64,000 bases of DNA from an uncultured Bdellovibrionales bacterium (GTDB lineage: Bacteria > Patescibacteriota > Minisyncoccia > Moranbacterales > UBA1568): positions 72,389 to 136,388 of the forward strand of contig CAYLJX010000003.1 in NCBI GenBank assembly GCA_964384235.1, read 5' to 3'. Under the pieces are notes generated by a model. The model saw only the letters and a list, made by a program, of their open reading frames with translations, was not told where the DNA came from and ran no database searches. How positions within the stretch are numbered: the first letter of the stretch is position 1; every line of letters begins with the position of its first letter. Below, piece by piece: positions 1 to 10,938 of this stretch. The position numbers were made by a program, and so were the translations under genes.

Positions 1-1068
1 ACCCGGCATCACCATCTCGGTGCCCTCCGGGAGTTCCACTTCGCCGGTCACGTCCGTGGTGCGGATGTAGAACTGCGGCTTGTAGCCCTTGAAGAACGGA
101 GTGTGGCGACCACCTTCTTCCTTGGAGAGAATATAGACCTCGCCTTCGAATTCGGTGTGCGGAGTGATGGAGCCCGGCTTGGCGAGTACCTGACCGCGCT
201 CGACGTCTTCCTTCTTGATACCGCGGATGAGGAGACCGGCGTTGTCACCAGCCTGACCACGGTCGAGCTGCTTGTTGAACATCTCGATACCGGTGACGAC
301 CGTCTTGGCCGTATCGCGGATACCGACGATTTCGACTTCTTCGTTGATGTTGACGACACCGCGCTCGATGCGACCGGTCACGACGGTACCGCGACCTTCG
401 ATCGAGAAGATGTCTTCGATCGGCATGAGGAAGTTCTTGTCGGTGTCACGGACCGGCTCGGGGATCTTTTCGTCGAGAGCCGCGATGAGGTCGAGGATCG
501 GCTTGGCCGCTTCCTCGTCGGCCGTCTTGGCCTCGAGGGCCTTGAGCGCGCTGCCGCGGATCACGGCGGCGTTGTCACCGTCGAATTCGTACTTGGAAAG
601 GAGTTCGCGGACTTCGGCCTCGACGAGCTCGACGAGTTCCGGGTCGTCCACCATGTCCACCTTGTTGAGGAAGACCACGATGTTCGGTACACCGACCTGG
701 CGGGCCAGGAGGATGTGTTCGCGGGTCTGCGGCATCGGGCCGTCGGTCGCGGACACCACGAGGATCGCACCGTCCATCTGGGCGGCACCGGTGATCATAT
801 TCTTGATATAGTCGGCGTGTCCGGGACAGTCGACGTGCGCGTAGTGGCGGGCGTCGGACTCGTACTCGCAGTGCGAGGTGGAAATGGTGATACCGCGCTC
901 GCGCTCCTCCGGAGCCTTGTCGATCTCATCCACGCCCTTCTCCTTGGCCAGACCCTTGAGGGACAGCACGTGGAGGATGGAGGCGGTGAGAGTGGTCTTG
1001 CCGTGGTCAACGTGGCCGATGGTGCCGACGTTCACGTGCGGCTTGGTTCGCTGAAATTGCTCTGCCAT
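1..1068 (-). CDS. tuf: Elongation factor Tu, 3'-partial at the window edge (C-terminal ~40 aa missing)
   Basis: Reverse-strand translation starts [29 protein letters not shown] with G-domain motifs; ATG at 1066-1068; the + strand ORF 103..1080 is its antisense shadow. Confidence 0.95.
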   Translation of the reverse strand, partial: MAEQFQRTKPHVNVGTIGHVDHGKTTLTASILHVLSLKGLAKEKGVDEIDKAPEERERGITISTSHCEYESDARHYAHVDCPGHADYIKNMITGAAQMDGAILVVSATDGPMPQTREHILLARQVGVPNIVVFLNKVDMVDDPELVELVEAEVRELLSKYEFDGDNAAVIRGSALKALEAKTADEEAAKPILDLIAALDEKIPEPVRDTDKNFLMPIEDIFSIEGRGTVVTGRIERGVVNINEEVEIVGIRDTAKTVVTGIEMFNKQLDRGQAGDNAGLLIRGIKKEDVERGQVLAKPGSITPHTEFEGEVYILSKEEGGRHTPFFKGYKPQFYIRTTDVTGEVELPEGTEMVMPG

Positions 1069-1287
1069 ACCTTTTGGTGAGAGACGACCGACGCTAATGC
1101 GCCGGGTATCCACGCTCTCCTAAAAAAATTATTTAATTATGATTCTGGTTTTCCTTCCGGGACTTTTTAAGAGAATACGAAAAAAGCCCTGGAAAAAGCA
1201 TCAGTAGTATCCTATCAGCGCGCGGAAATCCTGTCAAGTGTCGGAAAAGAATCAGGAGTAGAGAATCAGGAATCAAGAATGAATCGC

Positions 1288-1336
1288 ACATAAAAACAGG
1301 AAACCCACCAAGTGCAGGAGGGTCTCCTGTGGTGGG
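1288..1336 (-). terminator. Rho-independent terminator downstream of the membrane-protein gene
   Basis: GC-rich hairpin cccacc..caggagggtctcctg..ggtggg at 1304-1336, followed on the minus strand by a T-rich run. Confidence 0.55.
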
Positions 1337-1894
1337 TCAAAGGATACTGAGCACGGCGATTCCTGCATTCAGGATCAGTGCCGCCCAAGGCACGACGGTG
1401 TTAGCAAAGTCGCGCTTGGACGCACCGTAGATTGCCATGAAGCACGTGCCGACGGTACAAAGCCAAAGCCAGAGAGTCTGCGGCTGAGGTGTGCTCCAGT
1501 AATCCACCATGAGCGGAACACATGAAACGTACATCGCCACGAGATAGGCGAAAATGGCGATTTGAGCACTCAGTGTGAGCCACAGAACTGTCGCTATCCC
1601 ACAGAGCACAAGTGATGCGGTCTCCGTCCATCCCCAATGCCACGGACTCTTGCTGAGCGCGATGGCGATAAGGATACAGATCGATGCCACCGCCCAACCA
1701 AGCTGGATATATGGTTTCTTGTTTCCGGCCTTATAAACGAGGGCCAGTCCCAGAAAGTCCAGCACGAAGATCATGAGCCACGTAGCGACGTTCTGCGGGA
1801 TATTCTCCCGATACACTGTCCAGGCGAAGTAGGTCGGCAGAAGAAAACCCAGCCACCCACTCGCAATTGCCGTTCTTTCGCGAATTTGGTTCAC
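1337..1894 (-). CDS. Polytopic membrane protein (~6 TM), unknown function, inserted between tuf and fusA
   Basis: 185-aa ORF dominated by hydrophobic helices, flanked by its own terminators on both sides. Confidence 0.65.
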   Translation of the reverse strand: MNQIRERTAIASGWLGFLLPTYFAWTVYRENIPQNVATWLMIFVLDFLGLALVYKAGNKKPYIQLGWAVASICILIAIALSKSPWHWGWTETASLVLCGIATVLWLTLSAQIAIFAYLVAMYVSCVPLMVDYWSTPQPQTLWLWLCTVGTCFMAIYGASKRDFANTVVPWAALILNAGIAVLSIL

Positions 1895-1965
1895 GTCAGC
1901 CCCCTACAGGTTGTTGAAGATCAGATCACAACAGGATTATTGTGACTACAGATAATAGCATAAAT

Positions 1966-2004
1966 CAAAGAAAAAGTCAAAACCAGCCGTTTCCGGCTGG
2001 TTTT
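1966..2004 (-). terminator. Hairpin terminator downstream of fusA
   Basis: aaccagccg-tttc-cggctggtt hairpin with flanking A/T runs, immediately after the fusA stop at 2042. Confidence 0.55.
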
Positions 2005-2041
2005 ATACATGATACACAATACGAGATACAAGATACCGGTG

Positions 2042-4135
<2,094 letters not shown>

Positions 4136-4159
4136 ATTTTTTACTGTTGAAAATTTAAT

Positions 4160-4253
4160 CCGTTAACGAGTTCGCGCGTTAACGCGTTACCGAAAAAGCA
4201 AACAGGTTGCTCCCCTAAGAAAAACAACCCGTTAACACGTTAACCCGTTAACA
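4160..4253. repeat. Array of five CGTTAAC (palindromic GTTAAC) motifs in the rpsG-fusA spacer
   Basis: GTTAAC at 4162, 4178, 4231, 4239 and 4247, plus a near-copy GTTACC at 4186; the 133-nt spacer is unusually long for this junction. Confidence 0.6.
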
Positions 4254-4268
4254 TGCTTGTAAATTCTT

Positions 4269-4736
4269 TTAGGCAAAATGCGCGAAAGCCTTGTTGGCTT
4301 CGGCCATGCGGTGAGTTTCCTCGCGCTTCTTCATGGCGGTACCGATCTTGTTGGAGGCATCGATCAGTTCGTCGGCGAGCTTCTCGGCCATCGGCTTGCC
4401 CTTGCGCTTGCGGCAGGCGTCGCGGATCCATCGCATGGCGAGCACCTGGCGGCGCTCACCGGAGACCGGGACCGGCACCTGGTAGTTGGCACCACCGACG
4501 CGGCGGGACTTGAGCTGGAGGAGAGGCGAAACGTTCTTGATGGCCTGTTCGAAAGTATTGAGGCCGCCCTTCTTGGTGCGCTCGTGGATGATCTCGAAAG
4601 AGTCATGGATGATCTTTTCGGCGACGCTCTTCTTGCCGTTCCACATGATCATCCCGACGAAATGCCCGACCAACGGATTGCCATAGACGGCATCCGGTTT
4701 CCATTCACGCTGATAATTCCGCTTTCTTCGTGGCAT
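4269..4736 (-). CDS. rpsG: 30S ribosomal protein S7
   Basis: 155 aa; MPRRKRNYQREWKPDAVYGNPLV...GGANYQVPV, canonical S7. Confidence 0.97.
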   Translation of the reverse strand: MPRRKRNYQREWKPDAVYGNPLVGHFVGMIMWNGKKSVAEKIIHDSFEIIHERTKKGGLNTFEQAIKNVSPLLQLKSRRVGGANYQVPVPVSGERRQVLAMRWIRDACRKRKGKPMAEKLADELIDASNKIGTAMKKREETHRMAEANKAFAHFA

Positions 4737-4748
4737 AGTTCAAAATCC

Positions 4749-5186
4749 TTAATCCTTCTTCTTCTCCTTTTTCGCACCGTACTTGCTGCGGCTCTGCTTG
4801 CGCTGCACACCGGCAGCGTCGAAAATACCGCGGACGATGTGATAGCGCACACCCGGGAGGTCCTTCACGCGGCCGCCACGGATCATAACGATGGAGTGCT
4901 CCTGGAGGTTATGTCCCTCGCCAGGGATATACGCGGTTACTTCCATGCCGTTGGTGAGGCGCACGCGGGCGATCTTGCGGAGCGCGGAGTTCGGCTTCTT
5001 GGGAGTGGTGGTCGAGACCTTGAGGCAGACGCCGCGCTTGAACGGGCTGTCGTGGAAAGTGTTGCGGTTCTTGACCGTGTTGATGGAATAGAGCATGGCC
5101 GGCGACTTGGATTTCCTGGTGCCGGTCTTGCGGGGACGCTTGATGAGCTGGTTGATGGTAGCCACAGTACGGGATGTAGACAGCAA
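4749..5186 (-). CDS. rpsL: 30S ribosomal protein S12 (true start may be the internal GTG just before TINQLIK)
   Basis: ..[13 protein letters not shown]...[33 protein letters not shown], canonical S12. Confidence 0.95.
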   Translation of the reverse strand: MLSTSRTVATINQLIKRPRKTGTRKSKSPAMLYSINTVKNRNTFHDSPFKRGVCLKVSTTTPKKPNSALRKIARVRLTNGMEVTAYIPGEGHNLQEHSIVMIRGGRVKDLPGVRYHIVRGIFDAAGVQRKQSRSKYGAKKEKKKD

Positions 5187-5256
5187 AATTAAAAAGGCGT
5201 ACAGCCATTCGTAGAAGCAGTGTATCGCAAGAGAAAAAGGCTGTCAAGCGCCTCTC

Positions 5257-5979
5257 CTAGAGCGTGAAGCGCAGGAAGAGACTCAAGACGAAGTTGATGA
5301 ACGAACTTATCGGGCCGGAGAAGAAGAAAATGATGAAGATAAGGAAGAAGAGGCCGTACTGTTCCAGGAGAAACATCGTCTCCTGACGTATGGGAACCAG
5401 GGCGAAAAGGAGCTTGGAACCGTCGAGTGGCGGCACGGGAAGGACGTTGAAACAGGCGAGAATGACGTTCCAGAAAATGATGAGAAGCAGAAGCCCGAAG
5501 AAGATCCCCGAGAGCGATCCGGAAATGGCCTCCGCCAAAAGATTGAAACGATCCAAAAACTCACCGTGTCCGCCGATCACGCCGATGAAACGGTTGAGAA
5601 TATCGGTTTTTGCCAAAAGCGTGAGCGGGAGCATCTTGGCCAAGAGCGCCGCGATGAACGCCAGGATGATATTGGAGAGCGGTCCGGCGAGCGCCACAAA
5701 AGTCGGTCCCCACTTCTGGTTGCGCAGATTGTACGGGTTGTACGGCACCGGCTTGGCCCAGCCGAAGGCGAACCCGGTCGTCACGAAGAGAAGCACCGGC
5801 AGAATGACCGACCCGAAGGGGTCGATATGCTTCATCGGATTGAGATTGAGACGGCCGGCGTACTTGGCCGTCAGATCGCCGAGCCACAGCGCCACCACGC
5901 CGTGAGACACTTCGTGGATGATGACGGAATAGATGAGCGTCAGGAGATAGAATCCGACGAGGACGAGTTCGTTGGTCAT
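5257..5979 (-). CDS. Site-2 protease family (peptidase M50) membrane metalloprotease
   Basis: HEVSHG zinc-binding motif in a TM helix plus the NLLPVPPLDGS motif; polytopic membrane protein. Confidence 0.8.
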   Translation of the reverse strand: MTNELVLVGFYLLTLIYSVIIHEVSHGVVALWLGDLTAKYAGRLNLNPMKHIDPFGSVILPVLLFVTTGFAFGWAKPVPYNPYNLRNQKWGPTFVALAGPLSNIILAFIAALLAKMLPLTLLAKTDILNRFIGVIGGHGEFLDRFNLLAEAISGSLSGIFFGLLLLIIFWNVILACFNVLPVPPLDGSKLLFALVPIRQETMFLLEQYGLFFLIFIIFFFSGPISSFINFVLSLFLRFTL

Positions 5980-6052
5980 ACCAGACAGGAATTAGGCGTT
6001 AGGAAGTAAGACTTCGGTAAGAGACAAAAGACGGAGTGCTATCGGACGGGGG

Positions 6053-6081
6053 TTGCCAAAAGCATCATAGCATGATACACT
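6053..6081 (+). promoter_or_regulatory. Putative sigma70-type promoter for rpmB
   Basis: TTGCCA, a 17-nt spacer, then TACACT, about 75 nt upstream of the rpmB ATG. Confidence 0.35.
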
Positions 6082-6156
6082 CTCCCTTGCTATCCGGAAT
6101 CGGATTTTTTCCTATTGCCTAATCCTCCTAATTCCTATTTCCTAACCTCCTAGCAT

Positions 6157-6333
6157 ATGAGCCGAACTTGCGATCTCACCGGCCGCGGCACCCGTACCGG
6201 CAACTCCCGCAGCCACTCCAACATCGCCTCGCGCCGCACCTTCAAGGTGAACGTGCAAACCAAGCGTCTCGGCGGCATGAAGGTCAAACTCTCGACCAAG
6301 GCGCTGCGCACTTTGGCCAAATCCGCGAAATAA
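6157..6333 (+). CDS. rpmB: 50S ribosomal protein L28 (58 aa; below the ORF-track length cutoff)
   Basis: Manual translation MSRTCDLTGRGTRTGNSRSHSNIASRRTFKVNVQTKRLGGMKVKLSTKALRTLAKSAK matches the L28 family pattern; TAA stop at 6331-6333. Confidence 0.88.
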   Translation: MSRTCDLTGRGTRTGNSRSHSNIASRRTFKVNVQTKRLGGMKVKLSTKALRTLAKSAK

Positions 6334-6335
6334 CT

Positions 6336-6364
6336 AAAAACCGCTCCCTCGGGAGCGGTTTTTA
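6336..6364 (+). terminator. Rho-independent terminator of rpmB
   Basis: aaaaaccgctccc-tc-gggagcggttttt: a perfect 8-bp GC-rich stem followed by a T-run. Confidence 0.8.
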
Positions 6365-6370
6365 GATTCC

Positions 6371-6443
6371 TGTCGGGGTGCCGGGAATTGAACCCGGTCT
6401 ACATCCACCCCATGGACGCGTACTGCCGGTATACTACACCCCG
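6371..6443 (-). tRNA. tRNA-Pro (anticodon GGG)
   Basis: The reverse complement folds as a cloverleaf: acceptor CGGGGTG/CACCCCG, D-arm GTAT..GTAC, anticodon stem CGTCC/GGATG with loop ATGGGGT (GGG anticodon), T-arm CCGGG-TTCAATT-CCCGG. Confidence 0.8.
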
Positions 6444-6479
6444 ATATATTTCGAAAGCAGTTTTTAGCCTAGCAATTTT

Positions 6480-6520
6480 TTTGAGAAATGTAAAAGGGCA
6501 AGACTTGTGGCCTTGCCCTC
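6480..6520 (-). terminator. Hairpin downstream of the small ORF 6543..6761
   Basis: agggcaag..cttgccct 8-bp stem with a T-containing tail on the minus strand. Confidence 0.35.
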
Positions 6521-6542
6521 ACTATCGCGAGCTTTGCCCGCG

Positions 6543-6761
6543 CTACCCGTTCTGGGTGTCATCCGGCTCCACATGGTATTTGTACCCATGCTGACCAGGA
6601 AGCTTCATCCCCACGATATTCTTGTGATGTTCGAGGTCGTGGATACTCACCACTACCGGTTGAGATACTCCTCTGGGCGACTTCTTACGTCGACCAGGAG
6701 AATTGGCCAGATCTTCGTTATCCGGCCAGCCCAGACCACCTTCGCTGCTTCCGTCTTCCAT
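6543..6761 (-). CDS. Small hypothetical protein (72 aa)
   Basis: A GGGGG run sits 9 nt upstream of the ATG and a hairpin follows the stop; the region is lower in GC and I recognise no family. Confidence 0.3.
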   Translation of the reverse strand: MEDGSSEGGLGWPDNEDLANSPGRRKKSPRGVSQPVVVSIHDLEHHKNIVGMKLPGQHGYKYHVEPDDTQNG

Positions 6762-7159
6762 GATTGACTACCCCCGAAAGATCACTTCTTGGAACGGAAC
6801 TGCCCTTTCTTTGCTGCCTTGGAAAGCTCTTCTTGCGCCGTACGAGCACACCCACGCCGCCGGGCATTCGTACAACAATGTCCTTCGAAAACATGACTGC
6901 ATTGCGGGTCACTCTCGCAACCCCGCGGTTGCTGTTGGAAAAACGCTATCTTTGCCGATGTTTTGGAATCGGTCATTTTTTCACCCCTACTTTGTTAAAT
7001 CAACTAAACAAAAACCCCGGAAGCACATACCGGAGTTATCCTGAACATGCACCCGACTTGATTGTCGCGAGCCCCCTTGTAAGCTTTTAAGGCTTTTTTG
7101 AAGGATACTCTTGATGCACTTGCATACCTTACCTGATTTTTCTTGTTTTGTCAAGACAC

Positions 7160-7190
7160 AATAAAAAGGCTTTTTCAAGCCTTTTTATTG
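7160..7190 (-). terminator. ndk terminator
   Basis: aaaaaggcttt-ttca-aagccttttt symmetric hairpin flanked by A/T runs, immediately after the ndk stop. Confidence 0.7.
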
Positions 7191-7210
7191 GATTCCTTTG
7201 AAGTTTTTCT

Positions 7211-7816
7211 CTACTCGAGAATTCCGTCAAGATTGACATCGTACAGAATCTGCTCCTGCACCAGGCGGTATTTCACGATTTCCTTTTCATCGAACCAGAT
7301 GGCGATCTCGCGCTTTCCGTCATCGGTATTGTCGGAGCAATGGATGAGATTGCGGACGGCACGGTTGTCGAGACTGGTGAGTTCGTACGAATCGATGGTG
7401 AGGTCGCCGCGGATGGTGCCGACATCCGAGGTGGTCGGTTCGGTGCCGCCGACGAGTTTCTTGACGATGGCGACCGACTGGTTGCCCTCCACTACCATGG
7501 CGAGCACCGGTCCGGACGTGAAGTACTTCACGATCGTATCGATGATGCCCTTACCGTATTCCTTCGGTTCCTTCTCGACCGGCAGTCCGAGCGCCTTGCG
7601 ATCATCGATGATGCGCTGACCCTTGGTCTCGTACCACTCATCGGTCTTCTGGTAGTGCTCCCAGCACTGCTCGGCCGTCGGGACGAGGAATTTCACCGCC
7701 GAAACTTTCAGTCCCGTGCGCTCGATGCGACCGATGATCTCGCCCATAAGCGAACGCTGCACGCCGTCCGGCTTGATAATGACGAGGGTCTGCTCTTTTC
7801 GTGGATGTTCCGCCAT
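7211..7816 (-). CDS. ndk: Nucleoside diphosphate kinase with a C-terminal extension
   Basis: LVIIKPDGVQRSLMGEIIGRIERTGLKV... NDK fold; 201 aa is longer than the usual ~140 aa. Confidence 0.88.
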   Translation of the reverse strand: MAEHPRKEQTLVIIKPDGVQRSLMGEIIGRIERTGLKVSAVKFLVPTAEQCWEHYQKTDEWYETKGQRIIDDRKALGLPVEKEPKEYGKGIIDTIVKYFTSGPVLAMVVEGNQSVAIVKKLVGGTEPTTSDVGTIRGDLTIDSYELTSLDNRAVRNLIHCSDNTDDGKREIAIWFDEKEIVKYRLVQEQILYDVNLDGILE

Positions 7817-7937
7817 AGCTGTATGTTACGATTACCTTCTAAAGAAAATATGTCACAGATATATCAAAAACGCAAGGGTTTTCGTTCCGAAGCATATCAG
7901 AACGAGTATACCTCCATTTTGTTTTTTTATCAAGACT

Positions 7938-8783
7938 TCACCGCACGAGCACGCAGCCTTGCAATTCCTCCGTGCAGCGGTACTCGATGTCACCGGACTG
8001 GTCGGTGCGCAGGATTCTGACCCCGTGTTTCTCCAACCGCTCGAGCACGTCCGGTGCCGGATGACCGTAACGGTTCTCCCCGACCGAGATGATCGCTTCT
8101 TTGGGCCGGACTAGGTCGAGAAACATATCGCTCGTCGAATACTTGGATCCGTGGTGTGCCGCCTTGAGCACGGTGACCGGCTGCTCATCTAGGAGGAACG
8201 TCTCTTCCTTTGGCAGATCCCCGGTCAGAAGAAAGCTCGTCTTTCCGAAAACGAATCGTGCGACGATGCTCCCCTCGTTCGTCTCTTTCATCTCTGTCGG
8301 CAGCGGCGAAAGCGGATACTCCACCATGAATTCCCCTCCTTCCGGAAGCGCGATCCTCGATCCCCTGAAGACGATGCTCCGGGAGACGTGTTTCTGCTCG
8401 AGCGCCTCGCGCCACAAGACGAAATCGTCCGTCTTGCTCTCCGCTCCGGTCTCCAGCACCGTCCCTATCCCGTACGTCCGGGCGAGCGCCGCAAGTCCCC
8501 CGATATGGTCGGCATCCGGATGCGTCGCGATCACCGCCTCGATCGAGCGGTCCCAGAACGGCACATGCCGGCCCAACCGGGAAAGGAGTTCTCTCCCCTC
8601 CCGGCCACCGTCGATGAGCACTTCGGTCGACCCTTGGCGGATGAGGATCGCATCGCCCTGACCCACGTCAAGAAAAACCACATGCGTCACGCCCCGATCG
8701 CGCCACACGGACCACACCAGAACACTCGCGACAAACAGTGCGAGCGCGATGAGAGAAATCCTAAACCAATGTTTCCTCTTCAT
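7938..8783 (-). CDS. comEC: ComEC/Rec2 C-terminal metallo-beta-lactamase domain protein with an N-terminal TM anchor
   Basis: VVFLDVGQGDAILIRQGSTEVLIDGG...HPDADHIGG..TGDL..AAHHGS MBL motifs; start taken at MKRKHWFRISL (8783). Confidence 0.8.
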   Translation of the reverse strand: MKRKHWFRISLIALALFVASVLVWSVWRDRGVTHVVFLDVGQGDAILIRQGSTEVLIDGGREGRELLSRLGRHVPFWDRSIEAVIATHPDADHIGGLAALARTYGIGTVLETGAESKTDDFVLWREALEQKHVSRSIVFRGSRIALPEGGEFMVEYPLSPLPTEMKETNEGSIVARFVFGKTSFLLTGDLPKEETFLLDEQPVTVLKAAHHGSKYSTSDMFLDLVRPKEAIISVGENRYGHPAPDVLERLEKHGVRILRTDQSGDIEYRCTEELQGCVLVR

Positions 8784-10251
8784 AGAGTTTTCGTTTACGA
8801 AACGTTTCGAGCCGCCAGACGACAAACAGAAGTAACACATACCACGACACCACTGCCCACAGGCCGAATGATTCCGTCGTCACGGACGCTCCCGGCCACC
8901 CGGCTATCCGTTCCGCCATCCTCGTCATCGCCGTGAGCACTCCCCATGCCGGCGCCATGAGGAAGACATGCAAGACGTCCGGCAACATCCACGAGAGAAG
9001 CGCTCCCGCAAACGACAGTCCCATTGCCACAGGTACGAGAGGGAGGAACAGGGCGTTGGCCAGGAGCACGTACGGGGAAAACATATGAAAGGAAAACAGG
9101 ATGACCGGCAGAACGAAGAGCTCGACGACCGCCGTCAGGTACGCGATTTCCACGAATCCTTTCCCGGGAAAATCTTTCGGAAAGACGAGTGGTTGCCACG
9201 ATGCCGCGAAAATGATCGCGAGCGTCGCGAGAAAAGAAAGCTGGAAACCGACGTCATAGCGAAGGAGAAGCGGATTGAAAAGAAGCATCATCACCAAGAC
9301 CAGAAGAAGCGCCCGGGATGCTCCGGTCAATCGCCCGAATTGAAAGATCAGAAACGTCAGGAATGCCATGGTACCTGCCCGTACCGCCGAAGCCGGCGCT
9401 CCGATCATGAGGACGAAGAGTACGATACCGATCGCAGCGCAGAGGGTCGCATACCTTCGCCACAGGCCGAGCGCAATGAGAAACCACAGGAGTCCCGACG
9501 CGATGAGCGCGATATTGTACCCGGACACCGCCACGACGTGCGTGAGACCGATCCGCGTGAACGCCTCCTGGAGCGAACGCGGTAGACGATCGTCCCCGCC
9601 GACCAAGAGACCCGCCGAGAGTCCTGCTTCCGGCTGCGAGAGATTCTCGGCGAGCATCCGCTCCAAAAGATGCTTGGGAGCGAAGAGTCCCTGCACGATC
9701 CGGGTACGAGCATCTCCCGGCAGGGACTGTGCCTCGCCTTTCTTGCACACGTATCCGATCCCATCCTTGGCCAGGAACATGCGGTAGTCGAAATCATCGG
9801 AAAAATTTTTCGGCAGTTCCAATGTACAGGAAAAACGATACCGATCCCCGGCCCGGATATCCTTGGCCCGGGACGCCTGCCAGAGGATTTTTTCCTCGGG
9901 ACAGAGTTCCGTCTCACAATGTTCTGCACGCAGGATGACCTCTTGATAGAAACTCTTCACCTCCGGATCGTTCACTACTCGGACCTCCCCGAAAACGGAC
10001 TTTGCCTGGAGATGCTCTTCGGCGAAACGTTCCCGTACATCGAGGCTCCGCCACGCGCCTGCCAGGAAACAAACGGAAACTATCAGTACGAACAGTCCCA
10101 CGGGACGGGAGAACGAGAGTGTCAGCGCCAAGGCAAACGCCGAAAAGACCAACGCGAAGACAAAAACATCAAACGCAAAAAAGGAGCCGTATCCGACTCC
10201 TCCCACGAAACCGATTCCTCCCCACCAGAACAGCCATTCTTTCGTCAGCAT
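8761..10251 (-). CDS. comEC: ComEC/Rec2 N-terminal competence (DNA-uptake channel) domain protein
   Basis: Polytopic membrane protein with the competence-domain signature ..LTHVVAVSGYNIALIA..; overlaps the MBL-part ORF in another frame. Confidence 0.8.
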   Translation of the reverse strand: MLTKEWLFWWGGIGFVGGVGYGSFFAFDVFVFALVFSAFALALTLSFSRPVGLFVLIVSVCFLAGAWRSLDVRERFAEEHLQAKSVFGEVRVVNDPEVKSFYQEVILRAEHCETELCPEEKILWQASRAKDIRAGDRYRFSCTLELPKNFSDDFDYRMFLAKDGIGYVCKKGEAQSLPGDARTRIVQGLFAPKHLLERMLAENLSQPEAGLSAGLLVGGDDRLPRSLQEAFTRIGLTHVVAVSGYNIALIASGLLWFLIALGLWRRYATLCAAIGIVLFVLMIGAPASAVRAGTMAFLTFLIFQFGRLTGASRALLLVLVMMLLFNPLLLRYDVGFQLSFLATLAIIFAASWQPLVFPKDFPGKGFVEIAYLTAVVELFVLPVILFSFHMFSPYVLLANALFLPLVPVAMGLSFAGALLSWMLPDVLHVFLMAPAWGVLTAMTRMAERIAGWPGASVTTESFGLWAVVSWYVLLLFVVWRLETFRKRKLYEEETLV

Positions 10252-10260
10252 ATCCTTTCG

Positions 10261-10482
10261 TCAATCCGGAATCTCCACCTTTTTGTTTCTTCCTGTCTTT
10301 CCTGAAACTATCCTGACAAGGCTTTGCGCGACATCGAAGTGTTTTGCCAAAAGCTTCACCAATTGTTCGTTAGCCTTGCCATCCGTCGGTGCGGACGTGA
10401 GCCGGACGCGGTACTCCTGCTCCCCGATTTTTTCGATTGCATTTTTCGAGGAACGCGGAACGACTTTCACGGCAATGATCAT
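10261..10482 (-). CDS. DUF167 (YggU/UPF0235) family protein
   Basis: IAVKVVPRSSKNAIE...VRLTSAPTDGKANEQLVKLLAKHF...IVSGKTGRNK family pattern. Confidence 0.8.
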   Translation of the reverse strand: MIIAVKVVPRSSKNAIEKIGEQEYRVRLTSAPTDGKANEQLVKLLAKHFDVAQSLVRIVSGKTGRNKKVEIPD

Positions 10483-10487
10483 ATTCT

Positions 10488-10934
10488 TTACTCCAGCGTC
10501 TCGATGGCTTTCTTGAAACTCTTGATGCTGCCGAAGGACTTGTACACGCTTGCGAAGCGGATATAGGCCACCTCGTCGGCTTCTTTGAGTTTTTCCATGA
10601 CGAGGCTGCCGATCTCGCGGCTCGCGATTTCGCTCACACGCTTCTCGTGGAGCGCGTACTCGATCTCGCCCATGATCCGTTCGGTCTTTTCCTCGGCGTT
10701 GGGGCGTTTCACGAAGGCGCGCCGCAGTCCCGCCTCGATCTTGCCACGGTCATACTCTTCTTTGCGGCCGTCTTTCTTGACCACGAGCAAGTGGAAAATC
10801 TCCACTTCCTCATAGGTGGAGAAACGGGCCTGGCACTTCTCACACTCGCGGCGGCGGCGGATAGCCCGCCCCTCCTGTGTCTCGCGCGAGTCGACGACCT
10901 TGGTATCCTCGAAATTGCAGAAGGGACAGCGCAT
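10488..10934 (-). CDS. nrdR: Transcriptional repressor NrdR
   Basis: MRCPFCNFEDTKVVDSRETQEGRAIRRRRECEKCQARFSTYE zinc ribbon plus an ATP-cone domain. Confidence 0.9.
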   Translation of the reverse strand: MRCPFCNFEDTKVVDSRETQEGRAIRRRRECEKCQARFSTYEEVEIFHLLVVKKDGRKEEYDRGKIEAGLRRAFVKRPNAEEKTERIMGEIEYALHEKRVSEIASREIGSLVMEKLKEADEVAYIRFASVYKSFGSIKSFKKAIETLE

Positions 10935-10938
10935 AGGA

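Noticed and set aside
103-1080. 325-aa + strand ORF overlapping tuf
   Set aside because: It is the antisense shadow ORF of EF-Tu, typical of high-GC genes. The same holds for 2009-3853 (antisense fusA), 12047-13357 (antisense ftsZ), 17474-18307 (antisense hisS), 19746-20618 (antisense LCP), 22940-24565 (antisense gyrB), 32466-34343 (antisense recA), 34734-36083 (antisense ftsK), 37558-40797 (antisense rpoC) and 41580-44501 (antisense rpoB).
6700-6760. GGAAGACGGAAGCAGCGAAGG on the minus strand, resembling the SRP RNA domain IV motif (GGAAGGAAGCAGCCAAGG)
   Set aside because: The flanking bases cannot form the helix-8 GNRA hairpin and symmetric loops. The sequence lies inside the small ORF 6543-6761 and is probably coincidence.
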